The notes: generated from the letters alone by a model not told the origin. DNA of 64,000 nucleotides from Candidatus Dojkabacteria bacterium (GCA_035444565.1 DAOMOX010000001.1:258335-322334), one strand, 5' to 3'. Shown: positions 9,863 through 19,444, counted from the first letter of the stretch. Numbers and translations: made by a program.

Positions 9863-10751
9863 AGAAGTACTAGTAATTGGAAGCCATGGATTACTTGGCT
9901 CGACGTTAGTAAAACTTTTGAAAGAAAAAGGTTACAAGGTTTCCACTTCCGATATCAGCGATGAAGATGGAATTGATATCACAAAACCAGATTCTGTTGA
10001 AAAGCAGTTTAGTAAGGTCAAGCCAGATTTTGTTGTAAACTGTGCAGCATATACAAATGTAGAGGCCTGTGAAGATCCGGACCAATACAAAATTGCGTAT
10101 GCAGTTAATGCGGAAGGACCTAAAAATCTAGCTGTTGCATCTATCAACCATAATGTAAATCTAATACATATATCCACAGATTATGTTTTTGGTGACAATG
10201 ATAAAAATGGCTACGATGAGTCTTATAGCACATTTAATCCTTTGAACAAATATGGTGAAACCAAACGCGCTGGTGAATATAATTTAGAGAAATTAAGAGG
10301 TTGTATGGAAGGCTCGTATTATTACAACCAAGGTCCTTTGTTTTATGTGGTTAGAACTTCTGCCCTTTTCGGTGAAGGTGCAACCAACTTCATTGCAAAG
10401 ATTCTGCAATTTGCAAAAGAGAAAGAGTTTCTAGAGGTGGTCACGGATGAGGTTGTAAGTCCCACTTACGTGAAAGATTTATCAGAGGGAATTATTTATA
10501 TAATCGAGAACGAGCCAAAAGGTGGGATTTACCACTACTCTGGCGAAGGTTCTTGCAGTAGAAATGAATTTGCAAAAGAGATTCTCAGATTATCTGGTAT
10601 TGATACCCCAGTGAAACCGACTACTCTAGATAAGTTTAATAGGAAAGCAAAGATTCCAAATATTTCGATATTGAAGAATACGAAGTTCCCGGAGATTAGG
10701 AGTTGGAAGGAGATGTTGGCGGAGTTTATGAATTCAGAATTCAGAGTTTAG
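9852..10751 (+). CDS. rfbD: dTDP-4-dehydrorhamnose reductase
   Basis: GSHGLLG, NCAAYTNV, ISTDYVF, YGETKRAGE, SPTY. Confidence 0.92.
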   Translation: MKSKEVLVIGSHGLLGSTLVKLLKEKGYKVSTSDISDEDGIDITKPDSVEKQFSKVKPDFVVNCAAYTNVEACEDPDQYKIAYAVNAEGPKNLAVASINHNVNLIHISTDYVFGDNDKNGYDESYSTFNPLNKYGETKRAGEYNLEKLRGCMEGSYYYNQGPLFYVVRTSALFGEGATNFIAKILQFAKEKEFLEVVTDEVVSPTYVKDLSEGIIYIIENEPKGGIYHYSGEGSCSRNEFAKEILRLSGIDTPVKPTTLDKFNRKAKIPNISILKNTKFPEIRSWKEMLAEFMNSEFRV

Positions 10752-10780
10752 CATCGAAACCAGGAAAACCCCTCACTGCT

Positions 10781-11182
10781 GTCTCTCCGCGGCCTGACCG
10801 CGGAGTCCCGTATACTTTCTCAATCGCACTTGTAGGGAAAACGGGTTCCCGTGGTCAAGCCACGGGAAGACCTTGAGGTTGGGATGATTGTTAATGAACG
10901 GAATGACCTCGGTGATCGTTCTCTTGGGAATACCCCACTCGGCGTCTCTCCGCGGTTACCTGCCCTGCCGAAAAGGAGGGATCGCATAGTCTTGCATATC
11001 TTCCCAGACGCACTTGTTAGTAAAACGGGATTCCGTGCTTAAAGCACGGAATGACCTTGAAAATGGATTTCAAAGGAATACCCCACTCGGCGTCTCTCCG
11101 CGGTTTAACCGCGGAGTCCCGTATACTCTCCCGAACGTACCAATATGAATAACGGGATTCCGCGGTCAAACCGCGGAATGAC
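10781..11182. repeat. REP/BIME-like paired-palindrome cluster 3 (3 units, reverse orientation to clusters 1 and 2)
   Basis: Units at 10781-10871, 10944-11055 and 11092-11182, each GTCTCTCCGCGG...GGAATGAC/GGGAAGAC; linkers end GGAATACCCCACTCGGC. Confidence 0.9.
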
Positions 11183-11276
11183 CTCGAGGTTGGGATTTCC
11201 TGTTAGAACACAAAATGACACGAGCATGGTTTTCCCTGTATAATAATCCCAAATATATTTCATCTACTCTCGAATT

Positions 11277-12296
11277 ATGAACATACTAATCACTGGCGGG
11301 GCGGGTTTTATCGGCTCGAACTTTACGAAATACTGGGCTGATAAATATTCTGATGATAATATCGTTGTTTACGATAAGCTCACTTACGCAGGCAATAAAG
11401 AAAACCTAAAAGAGCTTTTCGACAATCCAAAGTTCAGCTTTGTTGAAGGTGATATTGTTGATGGAGAATTGTTTGAGAAAACTATTGTTGATCACGAGGT
11501 AAATACAATTGTACATTTCGCTGCAGAAACACATGTTGATCGAAGTATCGAGGGACCAGAAGCATTTGTACACACAAATATCATGGGAACTTTTAGAATT
11601 CTTGAGGTTTTGAGAAAACACCCCGAGATAAGATTACACCATATTTCTACTGATGAAGTTTTTGGAGAATTACCACTTGATGAGCCTGAGGCAAAATTTA
11701 GTGAAACTACACCTTACGATCCCCGAAGTCCCTACTCTGCCTCAAAAGCAGCTTCAGATCATCTCGTGAGAGCGTATGTGAATACTTATAAAATCAAAGC
11801 AACAATTTCAAATTGTTCAAACAACTACGGACCATATTGTTTCCCTGAAAAATTGATACCGCTTACAATCACTCGAGCTATAAACGATCAGGAAATTCCA
11901 GTTTATGGTGATGGCATGCAAGTCAGAGACTGGATTCATGTTGATGATCACTGCCTTGGGGTCGACCTTATTCTCGAAAAAGGCAAACTCGGAGAAACAT
12001 ATATTTTAGGTGGTCATGGGGAAAAGCCGAACATTTATATTGTGAAAGAGATTTTAAAACTACTTGAGAAACCAGAATCATTGATTGTCCATGTAGGAGA
12101 TCGTAAGGGTCATGACAAAAGATATGCCATGGACTTCACAAAAGCTAAAAACGAGCTGGGTTTTGAACCACAGAAACCATTAGAAAAACGATTAGAGGAA
12201 ACTGTGCAATGGTACGTAGATAACCAAGAATGGTGGGCACCACTTAAAGCAGAAGGTGATAGAATTGCCGAAAGCTATCTAAAAAATAGAATCTAA
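11277..12296 (+). CDS. rfbB: dTDP-glucose 4,6-dehydratase
   Basis: TGGAGFIGSNF, DKLTYAG, AAETHVDRSI, STDEVFG, YSASKA, NNYGP. Confidence 0.95.
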   Translation: MNILITGGAGFIGSNFTKYWADKYSDDNIVVYDKLTYAGNKENLKELFDNPKFSFVEGDIVDGELFEKTIVDHEVNTIVHFAAETHVDRSIEGPEAFVHTNIMGTFRILEVLRKHPEIRLHHISTDEVFGELPLDEPEAKFSETTPYDPRSPYSASKAASDHLVRAYVNTYKIKATISNCSNNYGPYCFPEKLIPLTITRAINDQEIPVYGDGMQVRDWIHVDDHCLGVDLILEKGKLGETYILGGHGEKPNIYIVKEILKLLEKPESLIVHVGDRKGHDKRYAMDFTKAKNELGFEPQKPLEKRLEETVQWYVDNQEWWAPLKAEGDRIAESYLKNRI

Positions 12297-12299
12297 ATC

Positions 12300-12346
12300 C
12301 ATCGATCTCGCTCCTCGACGTACTATGATGTAAGCGAGGATCGATG
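12300..12346. terminator. Hairpin between convergent genes (putative bidirectional terminator)
   Basis: CATCGATC-TCGCT...AGCGA-G-GATCGATG inverted repeat between the rfbB stop and the stop of 12364..13161. Confidence 0.4.
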
Positions 12347-12363
12347 AATCTTGATTTATCAAG

Positions 12364-13161
12364 CTAGCATTTCCCTATGCAAATCGTCCCATAATCAGAC
12401 GTTAAATTTAAAACACCAGCGGATTCATCTACTTTCAGCAAAGTTGTATTTCCAACCTCTCGTATCGACAAACCATTTTTAGCACCAGGTCCATCACCAC
12501 CCATTCGAATTGTAGCCTGGTCTCCACTCCACCCGATTCCAACACCTGCTAAATTGTTATTATTAGTGCTAATCGATGCACCTCCTCTAGTAGCAATGTC
12601 TCCATTTACATCCAACTTTGCAGTAGGATAGTAGTTGTCAATCCCGACCCTTGTCCCAGTAAAACTCAATGCATCATCTCCCACAAGTATCAATCTTGCA
12701 TCATAATCCGAACTTGTGTCATTGCTAAAATCAAGGTATGGAGTGCCTCTGTCACCTAGTTCGATAGAACCACCTTGATCAGGTCGGAGAATTCCACCTC
12801 CACCCCAACTAATATTTCCGCTAGGACCATTAATCATCATCCTTAGAACCTCTGAGCCTCTAGGACCCGAATAGAATTCTGTGTCAGGATAATCGGATGC
12901 ACCCCTTAATACGATTCTCGGTGTTTGTATGTTCTTAGAATCTGCAGTTGTGAACTCCATAGTATGTGGGCCACCTTTGAGTTGTTGAGTAATTCCAACA
13001 TCCATACCACCGAATCCCGCATTGAATAGGGAGAATTGATCTTGTGTTTGCCAATTTTTCGTAACTATAGCGTAGACCGTTTCATATTTGAAAGCCGTTA
13101 TCAGAAGGAGTCCAGAAAATAAAGCTATAGGAATTAGAACCAACATTCTCTTACGTCTCAT
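12364..13161 (-). CDS. Secreted/anchored protein with phage tail-fibre-like beta motifs
   Basis: Basic plus hydrophobic N-terminus; Gly-rich; GSIELG..TPYLDF...DYDARL and VGIDNYYPTAKLDVNG motifs. Confidence 0.6.
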   Translation of the reverse strand: MRRKRMLVLIPIALFSGLLLITAFKYETVYAIVTKNWQTQDQFSLFNAGFGGMDVGITQQLKGGPHTMEFTTADSKNIQTPRIVLRGASDYPDTEFYSGPRGSEVLRMMINGPSGNISWGGGGILRPDQGGSIELGDRGTPYLDFSNDTSSDYDARLILVGDDALSFTGTRVGIDNYYPTAKLDVNGDIATRGGASISTNNNNLAGVGIGWSGDQATIRMGGDGPGAKNGLSIREVGNTTLLKVDESAGVLNLTSDYGTICIGKC

Positions 13162-13287
13162 AATAGTTGTACTTTAATAAATAAAATCACTCTGCAGAGA
13201 TTTCGACTTGTTTGATTTTATTATTTTGTCTAAAGAAAATACTTTGTGTGTTGGTACAAGATATTCTGGAGAAATGATGGCCGCGCT

Positions 13288-13692
13288 GTCTCTCCGCGGT
13301 TCAACCGCGGAGTCCCGTATGCCCTCTCGAACGCACCTATAGGAAAAACGGGATTCCGTGGTTAAACCACGGAATGACCGCGATGATGGCACCGTTAGGA
13401 ATACCCAACTCGGCGTCTCTCCGCGATTGCCTGCCCTGCCGAAAGAGAGGGGTCGCGGAGTCTCGTATACCCTCTTAATCGCACTTGTTGGGAAAACGAG
13501 ATTCCGCGGTTGAACCGCGGAATGACCTCGGAGTTAGTTTTCGATAGGAATACGCCCCCCGCTGTCTCTCCGCGGTTTAACCGCGGAGTCTCGTATACCC
13601 TCTTAATCGCACTTGATAGGAAAACGGGTTCCCGTGGTTAAACCACGGGAGGACCTCGAGGCTGGATTAGACCGGTTAAACCACGGAATGAC
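13288..13692. repeat. REP/BIME-like paired-palindrome cluster 4 (3 units plus a partial)
   Basis: Units at 13288-13378, 13415-13526 and ~13564-13654, plus a half unit GGTTAAACCACGGAATGAC ending at 13692. Confidence 0.9.
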
Positions 13693-13749
13693 TGTGAGCT
13701 GGATTTTACCACCACCCATTGCTATAATTTGGGGCTTATTCCAATATAA

Positions 13750-14694
13750 ATGAAACAGAAAAAATCAATTTCCTATGTTTTGCCCGTATACAACGAACAA
13801 GAAGGCCTCGCAGAGTTTTATAATACTTTGACCAAGGCGACAGACACCATCTCAGAAAACTATAATTTTGAATACGTCTTTATAAACGACGGAAGTAAAG
13901 ATAATTCTTTTAGCATTCTACAAGAACTTTTTGAGAAAGATTCGAGAGTGAAAGTAATCAATTTCTCCAAGAACTTCGGTCACCAGATGGCAATCACAGC
14001 GGGTTTGGATATGGCAGAAGGTGATGCAGTTATAATTATGGATACTGACCTTCAGGACCCTCCAGAGGCAAGTTTGAAATTAGTAGAAAAATGGCAAGAA
14101 GGTTTTGAAGTTATTTATGCTCAACGTGAACAAAGACGTGATGGAGCTATTAAAAAATTAACAGCATATATGTTTTACAGAATTCTTGATATCTTAAGCG
14201 AAGTTAAAATCCCCAAGGATACTGGAGACTTCCGACTTCTCGACCGAAAAGTAGTATTAGAAATGAGAAGGTTCCGAGAGACTAACAGATTTATGCGGGG
14301 TTTGACATCTTATGTGGGATTTAAACAGACAGCCGTACTGTTTAACCGAGACAAGAGATTCGCAGGTGAGACACACTACCCTTTCAGGAAAATGTTCAAA
14401 TTGGCATTCGACGGAATAACCAGTTTCTCTACAGTACCACTTAAATTAATCACTCAGTTTGGTTTTTATGTTTCTTTTGTAAGCTTCTTAGGAATAATTT
14501 ATGCATTGGTTGTTAGGATTTTCTACCCAGAAATGACGGTACAAGGTACCACATTCGCTATCATTTCAGTTTTGTTTATGGGTGGAGTTCAGATGGTAAT
14601 GTTGGGAATTCTAGGCGAATATGTAGGCAGAATCTATCAAGAAGTTCAGAACAGACCTTTATATATTGTTTCTTCTGTTTTAAGTAAAAAATAA
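13750..14694 (+). CDS. GtrB/YfdH-like polyprenol-phosphate glycosyltransferase (GT2)
   Basis: PVYNE, NDGSKD, NFGHQMAITAG, MDTDLQDPP, DTGDFRLLDR, two C-terminal TMs, GEYVGRIY..V.NRPLY. Confidence 0.92.
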   Translation: MKQKKSISYVLPVYNEQEGLAEFYNTLTKATDTISENYNFEYVFINDGSKDNSFSILQELFEKDSRVKVINFSKNFGHQMAITAGLDMAEGDAVIIMDTDLQDPPEASLKLVEKWQEGFEVIYAQREQRRDGAIKKLTAYMFYRILDILSEVKIPKDTGDFRLLDRKVVLEMRRFRETNRFMRGLTSYVGFKQTAVLFNRDKRFAGETHYPFRKMFKLAFDGITSFSTVPLKLITQFGFYVSFVSFLGIIYALVVRIFYPEMTVQGTTFAIISVLFMGGVQMVMLGILGEYVGRIYQEVQNRPLYIVSSVLSKK

Positions 14695-14717
14695 CTATTA
14701 AATATTAAAATTTCCAT

Positions 14718-15605
14718 ATGAAAGGAATCATATTAGCCGGTGGAAAAGGCACTAGACTTAGCCCACTAACTTTGGCAACTAGTAAACAGTTAATGCCTGT
14801 TTACGATAAGCCGATGATATACTACCCACTCTCAACACTGATGCAAGCGAAGATTCAAGAGATTTTGATAATTTCCACACCGGAAGATTTACCTAGGTTC
14901 GAAAATCTACTTGGTGATGGTAGTGAATTGGGAATGAAATTCAGCTATAAAGAACAACTCGAAGCAAATGGTCTAGCACAAGCATTTGTATTAGGTGAGG
15001 AATTTATAGGATCGGACAAAGTTGCCTTGATTCTAGGAGATAATATTTTCTATGGTTCTACAATGGACGCTTCACTAATCGAACACACAGATCCTGATGG
15101 TGGTGTAGTTTTCGCTTATCACGTAAACGATGACGATGCTAGACGACTTGGTGTTATAGAATTCGATGAGGCTTTCAATGCCCTTTCAATCGAAGAAAAA
15201 CCAGCAGAACCAAAATCAAACTATGCTGTTCCTGGACTGTACTTCTATGACAATGAAGTTGTAAAAATCGCCAAATCACTTAAACCAAGTGCTAGAGGTG
15301 AATACGAAATCACTGATGTAAACAATGCTTACCTACAGAGAGGCAAATTAAAAGTAGGAGTTCTCGATCGTGGTACCGCTTGGCTAGACACTGGGACCTT
15401 CTCTTCTCTCATGCAAGCTGGTCAATTCGTACAAGTAATCGAAGAAAGACAAGGATTGAAAGTTGGTTGCATCGAAGAAATTGCTTTCAGGAATAAATTC
15501 ATTGATGCAAAACAACTTGAAAAACTCGCAGAGAAATATATGAAGAGTGGTTACGGCCAATACTTACTAGGAGTTATGGATGATAAGGTAAAAAATGGGG
15601 ATTAA
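14718..15605 (+). CDS. rfbA: Glucose-1-phosphate thymidylyltransferase
   Basis: [55 protein letters not shown]. Confidence 0.96.
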   Translation: MKGIILAGGKGTRLSPLTLATSKQLMPVYDKPMIYYPLSTLMQAKIQEILIISTPEDLPRFENLLGDGSELGMKFSYKEQLEANGLAQAFVLGEEFIGSDKVALILGDNIFYGSTMDASLIEHTDPDGGVVFAYHVNDDDARRLGVIEFDEAFNALSIEEKPAEPKSNYAVPGLYFYDNEVVKIAKSLKPSARGEYEITDVNNAYLQRGKLKVGVLDRGTAWLDTGTFSSLMQAGQFVQVIEERQGLKVGCIEEIAFRNKFIDAKQLEKLAEKYMKSGYGQYLLGVMDDKVKNGD

Positions 15606-16344
15606 AGATTATAGCTATAATATTCTCCAATACAGAGTAAAACAAATAATCAAAAGACTGCTCAAAGGTATGGATGAGCCGTTTCTTTGTATTATCACAC
15701 CAGTGTTTGATCCATGTCTTAAAAGTCTTAAAGGACTTATCGCAGATCTTCAATATCAAACTTATGAAAATTTCATCCATGTAAGTATTGCGAATGGTAA
15801 AGAGCCTAAAATTCACAATTTAATTGAACACGTCCGCATCAACGACAAGAGATTTGTGTATGATGAAATACCTTTTGATAATAGTTATAAAGATTCCGGT
15901 CTTGTGGAAAATTTACTAATTATTAATGGAAAGCGCAGGAATTTTGTAATGTCTAAGTATGATGCACTAATGTATCTAAATATTGGAGCTGACTTCAAAC
16001 TGACCGATAATCAGATTTTCGAGAAGTTACATAATACACATATGGAGACCAGAAAAGATATTATCATTCTGGAATCAGAAGTTGCGGAGAAAAAATATCC
16101 CCTTTATCCAATTAACAAACATCGCCATATCGATCTTACAAATTTCTGCTACTCAAAGAAACTGGCTCGAACAATTCCCTATCCTGAAGATATTGACCCA
16201 GAATTTGATGTAGCAAACGACTTTAGATATTTTGATAAAATTGCGAATTTCAAAGTTCTAGAAGGCATTTATGGTCAAAAAGATGGAAGAAATTTCTATA
16301 AAACAATCGAAGACATTTATAATGAGCAACACACCAAAAAATAG
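15595..16344 (+). CDS. Divergent GT-A/GT2-like protein
   Basis: [21 protein letters not shown]2-like start; no clear DxD motif. Confidence 0.5.
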   Translation: MGIKDYSYNILQYRVKQIIKRLLKGMDEPFLCIITPVFDPCLKSLKGLIADLQYQTYENFIHVSIANGKEPKIHNLIEHVRINDKRFVYDEIPFDNSYKDSGLVENLLIINGKRRNFVMSKYDALMYLNIGADFKLTDNQIFEKLHNTHMETRKDIIILESEVAEKKYPLYPINKHRHIDLTNFCYSKKLARTIPYPEDIDPEFDVANDFRYFDKIANFKVLEGIYGQKDGRNFYKTIEDIYNEQHTKK

Positions 16345-16963
16345 CTGGACAATATTTGGATTAAGCAACTTCTCATACGACATTTTAGATGCTATCGAAT
16401 CAAACGGAGACGAGGTTAAATATTTCATCAGAAATCAAGATGTGGATGAAAAGATTGTCAATCGGGTGCCACAAAATATCGAAATCATAGATTTAACAGA
16501 CTTCAAGCCCAGTACAGACAAGTACTTCATTGGATTTATGGATTATAGAAAAGATGCTTTGCTCAGTGAATTGTTGAAATTTAATTTGCGTTTCGACAAT
16601 ATATTTCATAAAAACTCATACATTTCTCACTACTCCACAATTGGATTTGGTAATTTCATCGGAGCAAATGCTACTATTGCTCCCAAAGTTGCATTAGGTG
16701 ACTTTAACTTCATAAATCGAAATTGTTCAGTTGGGCATCATACTGTTATTGGAAATAGAAACAAGACTGGACCGGGAGTAACAATTTGTAGCTTGTGTGA
16801 AATCGAGGATAACAATGCTTTTGGAGCAAATTGCACAATAATTCCTGAACTCAAAATCGCTTCAGAAGTGGAAATTGGCGCAGGTGCCGTGTTGACTGAG
16901 AATATTTCCGAAAGTGGTTTGTATGTAGGAATACCTGCGAAATTAGTTCAAAGAAAGGCCTAA
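16322..16963 (+). CDS. NeuD/PglD-like hexapeptide-repeat sugar acyltransferase
   Basis: Probable start at ATG 16322 (ORF-track start 16271). N-terminal Rossmann-like part, then IGFGNFIGANATI, VGHHTVIG, IGAGAV and YVGIPAK. Confidence 0.85.
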   Translation: MSNTPKNSWTIFGLSNFSYDILDAIESNGDEVKYFIRNQDVDEKIVNRVPQNIEIIDLTDFKPSTDKYFIGFMDYRKDALLSELLKFNLRFDNIFHKNSYISHYSTIGFGNFIGANATIAPKVALGDFNFINRNCSVGHHTVIGNRNKTGPGVTICSLCEIEDNNAFGANCTIIPELKIASEVEIGAGAVLTENISESGLYVGIPAKLVQRKA

Positions 16964-17791
16964 ACGTACTCTAGTTTCCTCAATTGTAGATATTTTCAAA
17001 TCCATTAATTCTATGATCTTATTAATCCTCTCAAGCTGACTTTTGTTTGTTGCCAGTTCTTCTTTCTCTTGATTGAGATAAATATTGTCTTCTAAACCAA
17101 GTCTCACTCCTCCTCCCATTGTCAAACCCATTACATTTGCGCGAAGTTGGAATCTCCCCAGTCCAGCAAATGCCCAATGTGCATTTTTTGGAAGAAGATT
17201 TAACAACGCTGAAATATTTGTGACCTCAAGTGGTGCAGTCCCAAGATTTCCGAGGAAAATATTAAAATATGGATTTTCGTCCTTAATCATTCCTCGTTCG
17301 AGCATAAAGTTAGCTTTATGAATCATACCTGGTTCAAATATCTCAAATTCTGGCTTAATACCGTTATTTTGCATGGTAGTCGCTAATTTCTCAATCATTT
17401 CGGGAGAATTCATAGATGCGGTATTGATAAAATTCATAGAACCCATCGTCAAAGTGGCCATATCTGGCTTGATATCACCATCAAGTTCAAGCACCTCTGC
17501 TCTTTTCTCAAATTCCGACCAATTTCTTCCACTAGTACTCACGGTGATAATCACTGTGGGCTGTTTATATCGAATCCGCTTGATGATTTCTGCATAAATT
17601 TCTTTTTTCCATGTTGGTTTGCCGGATTTATCTCTAGCATGCACATGTACGATACTCGCTCCATATTTAACAGCCATATCTACATCTTCTGCAATCTCCT
17701 GAGGGGTAAGGGGAACTGATTGATTCAGTTCCTTTGTGGGGATCATGCCGGTGAGAGCGCAGTTGATGATTACTTTATCGGTTGTTTTCAT
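16943..17791 (-). CDS. kce: 3-keto-5-aminohexanoate cleavage enzyme family (BKACE/DUF849)
   Basis: IINCALTG, P.TP.EIA, GASIVHVHAR (Zn HxH), STSG, PEFEIFE, RLGLEDN. Confidence 0.9.
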   Translation of the reverse strand: MKTTDKVIINCALTGMIPTKELNQSVPLTPQEIAEDVDMAVKYGASIVHVHARDKSGKPTWKKEIYAEIIKRIRYKQPTVIITVSTSGRNWSEFEKRAEVLELDGDIKPDMATLTMGSMNFINTASMNSPEMIEKLATTMQNNGIKPEFEIFEPGMIHKANFMLERGMIKDENPYFNIFLGNLGTAPLEVTNISALLNLLPKNAHWAFAGLGRFQLRANVMGLTMGGGVRLGLEDNIYLNQEKEELATNKSQLERINKIIELMDLKISTIEETRVRLGLSLN

Positions 17792-17826
17792 AAATTCAGT
17801 AATTCGAATTCTTTATCCCAATCAGC

Positions 17827-19095
17827 CTACCGTCCAATTCCTTTGTAATAAATTCCCAATTGATGGATTTTCTCAGAATCCAAACAATTTCTTCCATCAA
17901 TGATTGCTTTTAATTTTGGGTATTTAGAAAAATCGACCTTTTTAATCTCATTATGATTTGTAGCAACTAATAGAGCTTCTGCAGATTTCAAACCTTTCTC
18001 TAATGACTCCACATTCGACATATCAAGTAAATATGGATCGAATTTAATAATATCTGCACCAAGTTCTTCTAGCAATTTCAATATCTTCAAAGCAGGGCTT
18101 TCTCGTAGATCTCCTACATTAGCTTTATAGGATAATCCATACACCATTACTTTCGTACCCTTTACTGGCATGGAGATTGCATTTAATCCATCTTGTAATA
18201 AATCAACAGTATAGTTTGGCATGCTGTTGTTCACCTCTCTAGCATATTTTAAGAATTGGTGATCAAAACCACTTTGTTTTGCTCTTTTTATCAAATAATA
18301 TGGATCAACTGGAATACAATGACCTCCTACTCCGGCTCCAGGATAATGCGCCATAAAAGCAAACGGTTTATTTGAAGCTGCTTCAATTGTTTCTACTAAA
18401 TCAATTCCCATTTTATCGAATGATTTCGCAAGTTCGTTTACATAGGCAATATTAATATCTCGGAAAGTGTTTTCAATAATTTTTGTTGATTCGGCCACCT
18501 TCAATGACGAAACCACATTGACTTGAGCTTTTATAAATGTTCTATAGAATTTTGCAATTTCCTCCGCACCACTTTTCGTAGTTGCTCCAATATTTCTAGG
18601 GATGTTGTATACGCTCCATCTTGGGTCCCCTGGATTTATCCTCTCTGGACAATGCGCAAGATCAAAGTCTTTACCTGCTTTCAATCCCGAAACTTCCTCA
18701 ATCACAGGGATTACTTCTTCTTCACACACTCCGGGATTAATGGTTGATTCAACGATAACCTTTGCACCAGTTTTCATATTCCTAGCAATGGTTGCAGAAG
18801 CTGACTTCACTGGGCCTAAATCGGGCTCAAATAAATCTGTGACAGGTGTAGGGACACATACAATATAGAAATCTGCGTTTTTAATTTTTGATTCATCTTT
18901 CGTAGCTTGAACCTTCGTTTCTTTCATCCTCTCTTCAAGTTCAGGATCACTAAATGGTGGTTTACCAGAATCTATTGCTTTCAAAACTCTATCTGAGATA
19001 TCAAATCCAACTACATCATACTTCCCAGTTTCTTTGATAGCGACTGCGAGAGGTAATCCGACATAACCTAGGCCTAAAACTACTACTTTTTTCAT
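17827..19095 (-). CDS. UDP-N-acetylhexosamine 6-dehydrogenase (WecC/WbpA/TviB family)
   Basis: GLGYVGLPLA, CVPTP, ESTINPG, CPERINPG, ENTFRDINIA, GVGGHCIPVDPY, DLRESP. Confidence 0.92.
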   Translation of the reverse strand: MKKVVVLGLGYVGLPLAVAIKETGKYDVVGFDISDRVLKAIDSGKPPFSDPELEERMKETKVQATKDESKIKNADFYIVCVPTPVTDLFEPDLGPVKSASATIARNMKTGAKVIVESTINPGVCEEEVIPVIEEVSGLKAGKDFDLAHCPERINPGDPRWSVYNIPRNIGATTKSGAEEIAKFYRTFIKAQVNVVSSLKVAESTKIIENTFRDINIAYVNELAKSFDKMGIDLVETIEAASNKPFAFMAHYPGAGVGGHCIPVDPYYLIKRAKQSGFDHQFLKYAREVNNSMPNYTVDLLQDGLNAISMPVKGTKVMVYGLSYKANVGDLRESPALKILKLLEELGADIIKFDPYLLDMSNVESLEKGLKSAEALLVATNHNEIKKVDFSKYPKLKAIIDGRNCLDSEKIHQLGIYYKGIGR

Positions 19096-19170
19096 ATTCT
19101 AGAAAGATTAATTACGAAAACAGATTGTACCAGAAAGAGTGATTCAATTAATATAATATTCACTTTTACA

Positions 19171-19199
19171 TTGACTGACGCAAGATTCCATATTATTAT
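19171..19199 (+). promoter_or_regulatory. Sigma70-type promoter upstream of the repeat-peptide ORF
   Basis: TTGACT (19171-19176), 17-nt spacer, TATTAT (19194-19199). Confidence 0.6.
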
Positions 19200-19223
19200 C
19201 ATAACAACTATTAGTAATTCCAA

Positions 19224-19373
19224 ATGAATGAAATGTTTTCTTATAACCCATTAGTTAATGGTCCTATCCTAAATAACCCACGACCAGAAGATCCTAGTGA
19301 CGAAGGACTGGGCGATCCCACAGACGAGGGATTAGGTGATCCTACCGACGAAGGTTTAGGAGATCCATATTAA
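19224..19373 (+). CDS. Small 49-aa peptide with three tandem DP(S/T)DEGLG repeats (not in ORF track)
   Basis: MNEMFSYNPLVNGPILNNPRPEDPSDEGLGDPTDEGLGDPTDEGLGDPY*. Repeat copies differ almost only synonymously, and a promoter lies just upstream. Confidence 0.75.
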   Translation: MNEMFSYNPLVNGPILNNPRPEDPSDEGLGDPTDEGLGDPTDEGLGDPY

Positions 19374-19444
19374 AGTAACCCTATCTAGACACATAGAAAA
19401 ATCTCTCCTGCAATGTTATCATTACTCCATATATCACTAATTTT

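Noticed and set aside
10851-13392. ORFs 10851-11042 (+) and 13174-13392 (-)
   Set aside because: Open frames produced by the GC-rich repeat units.
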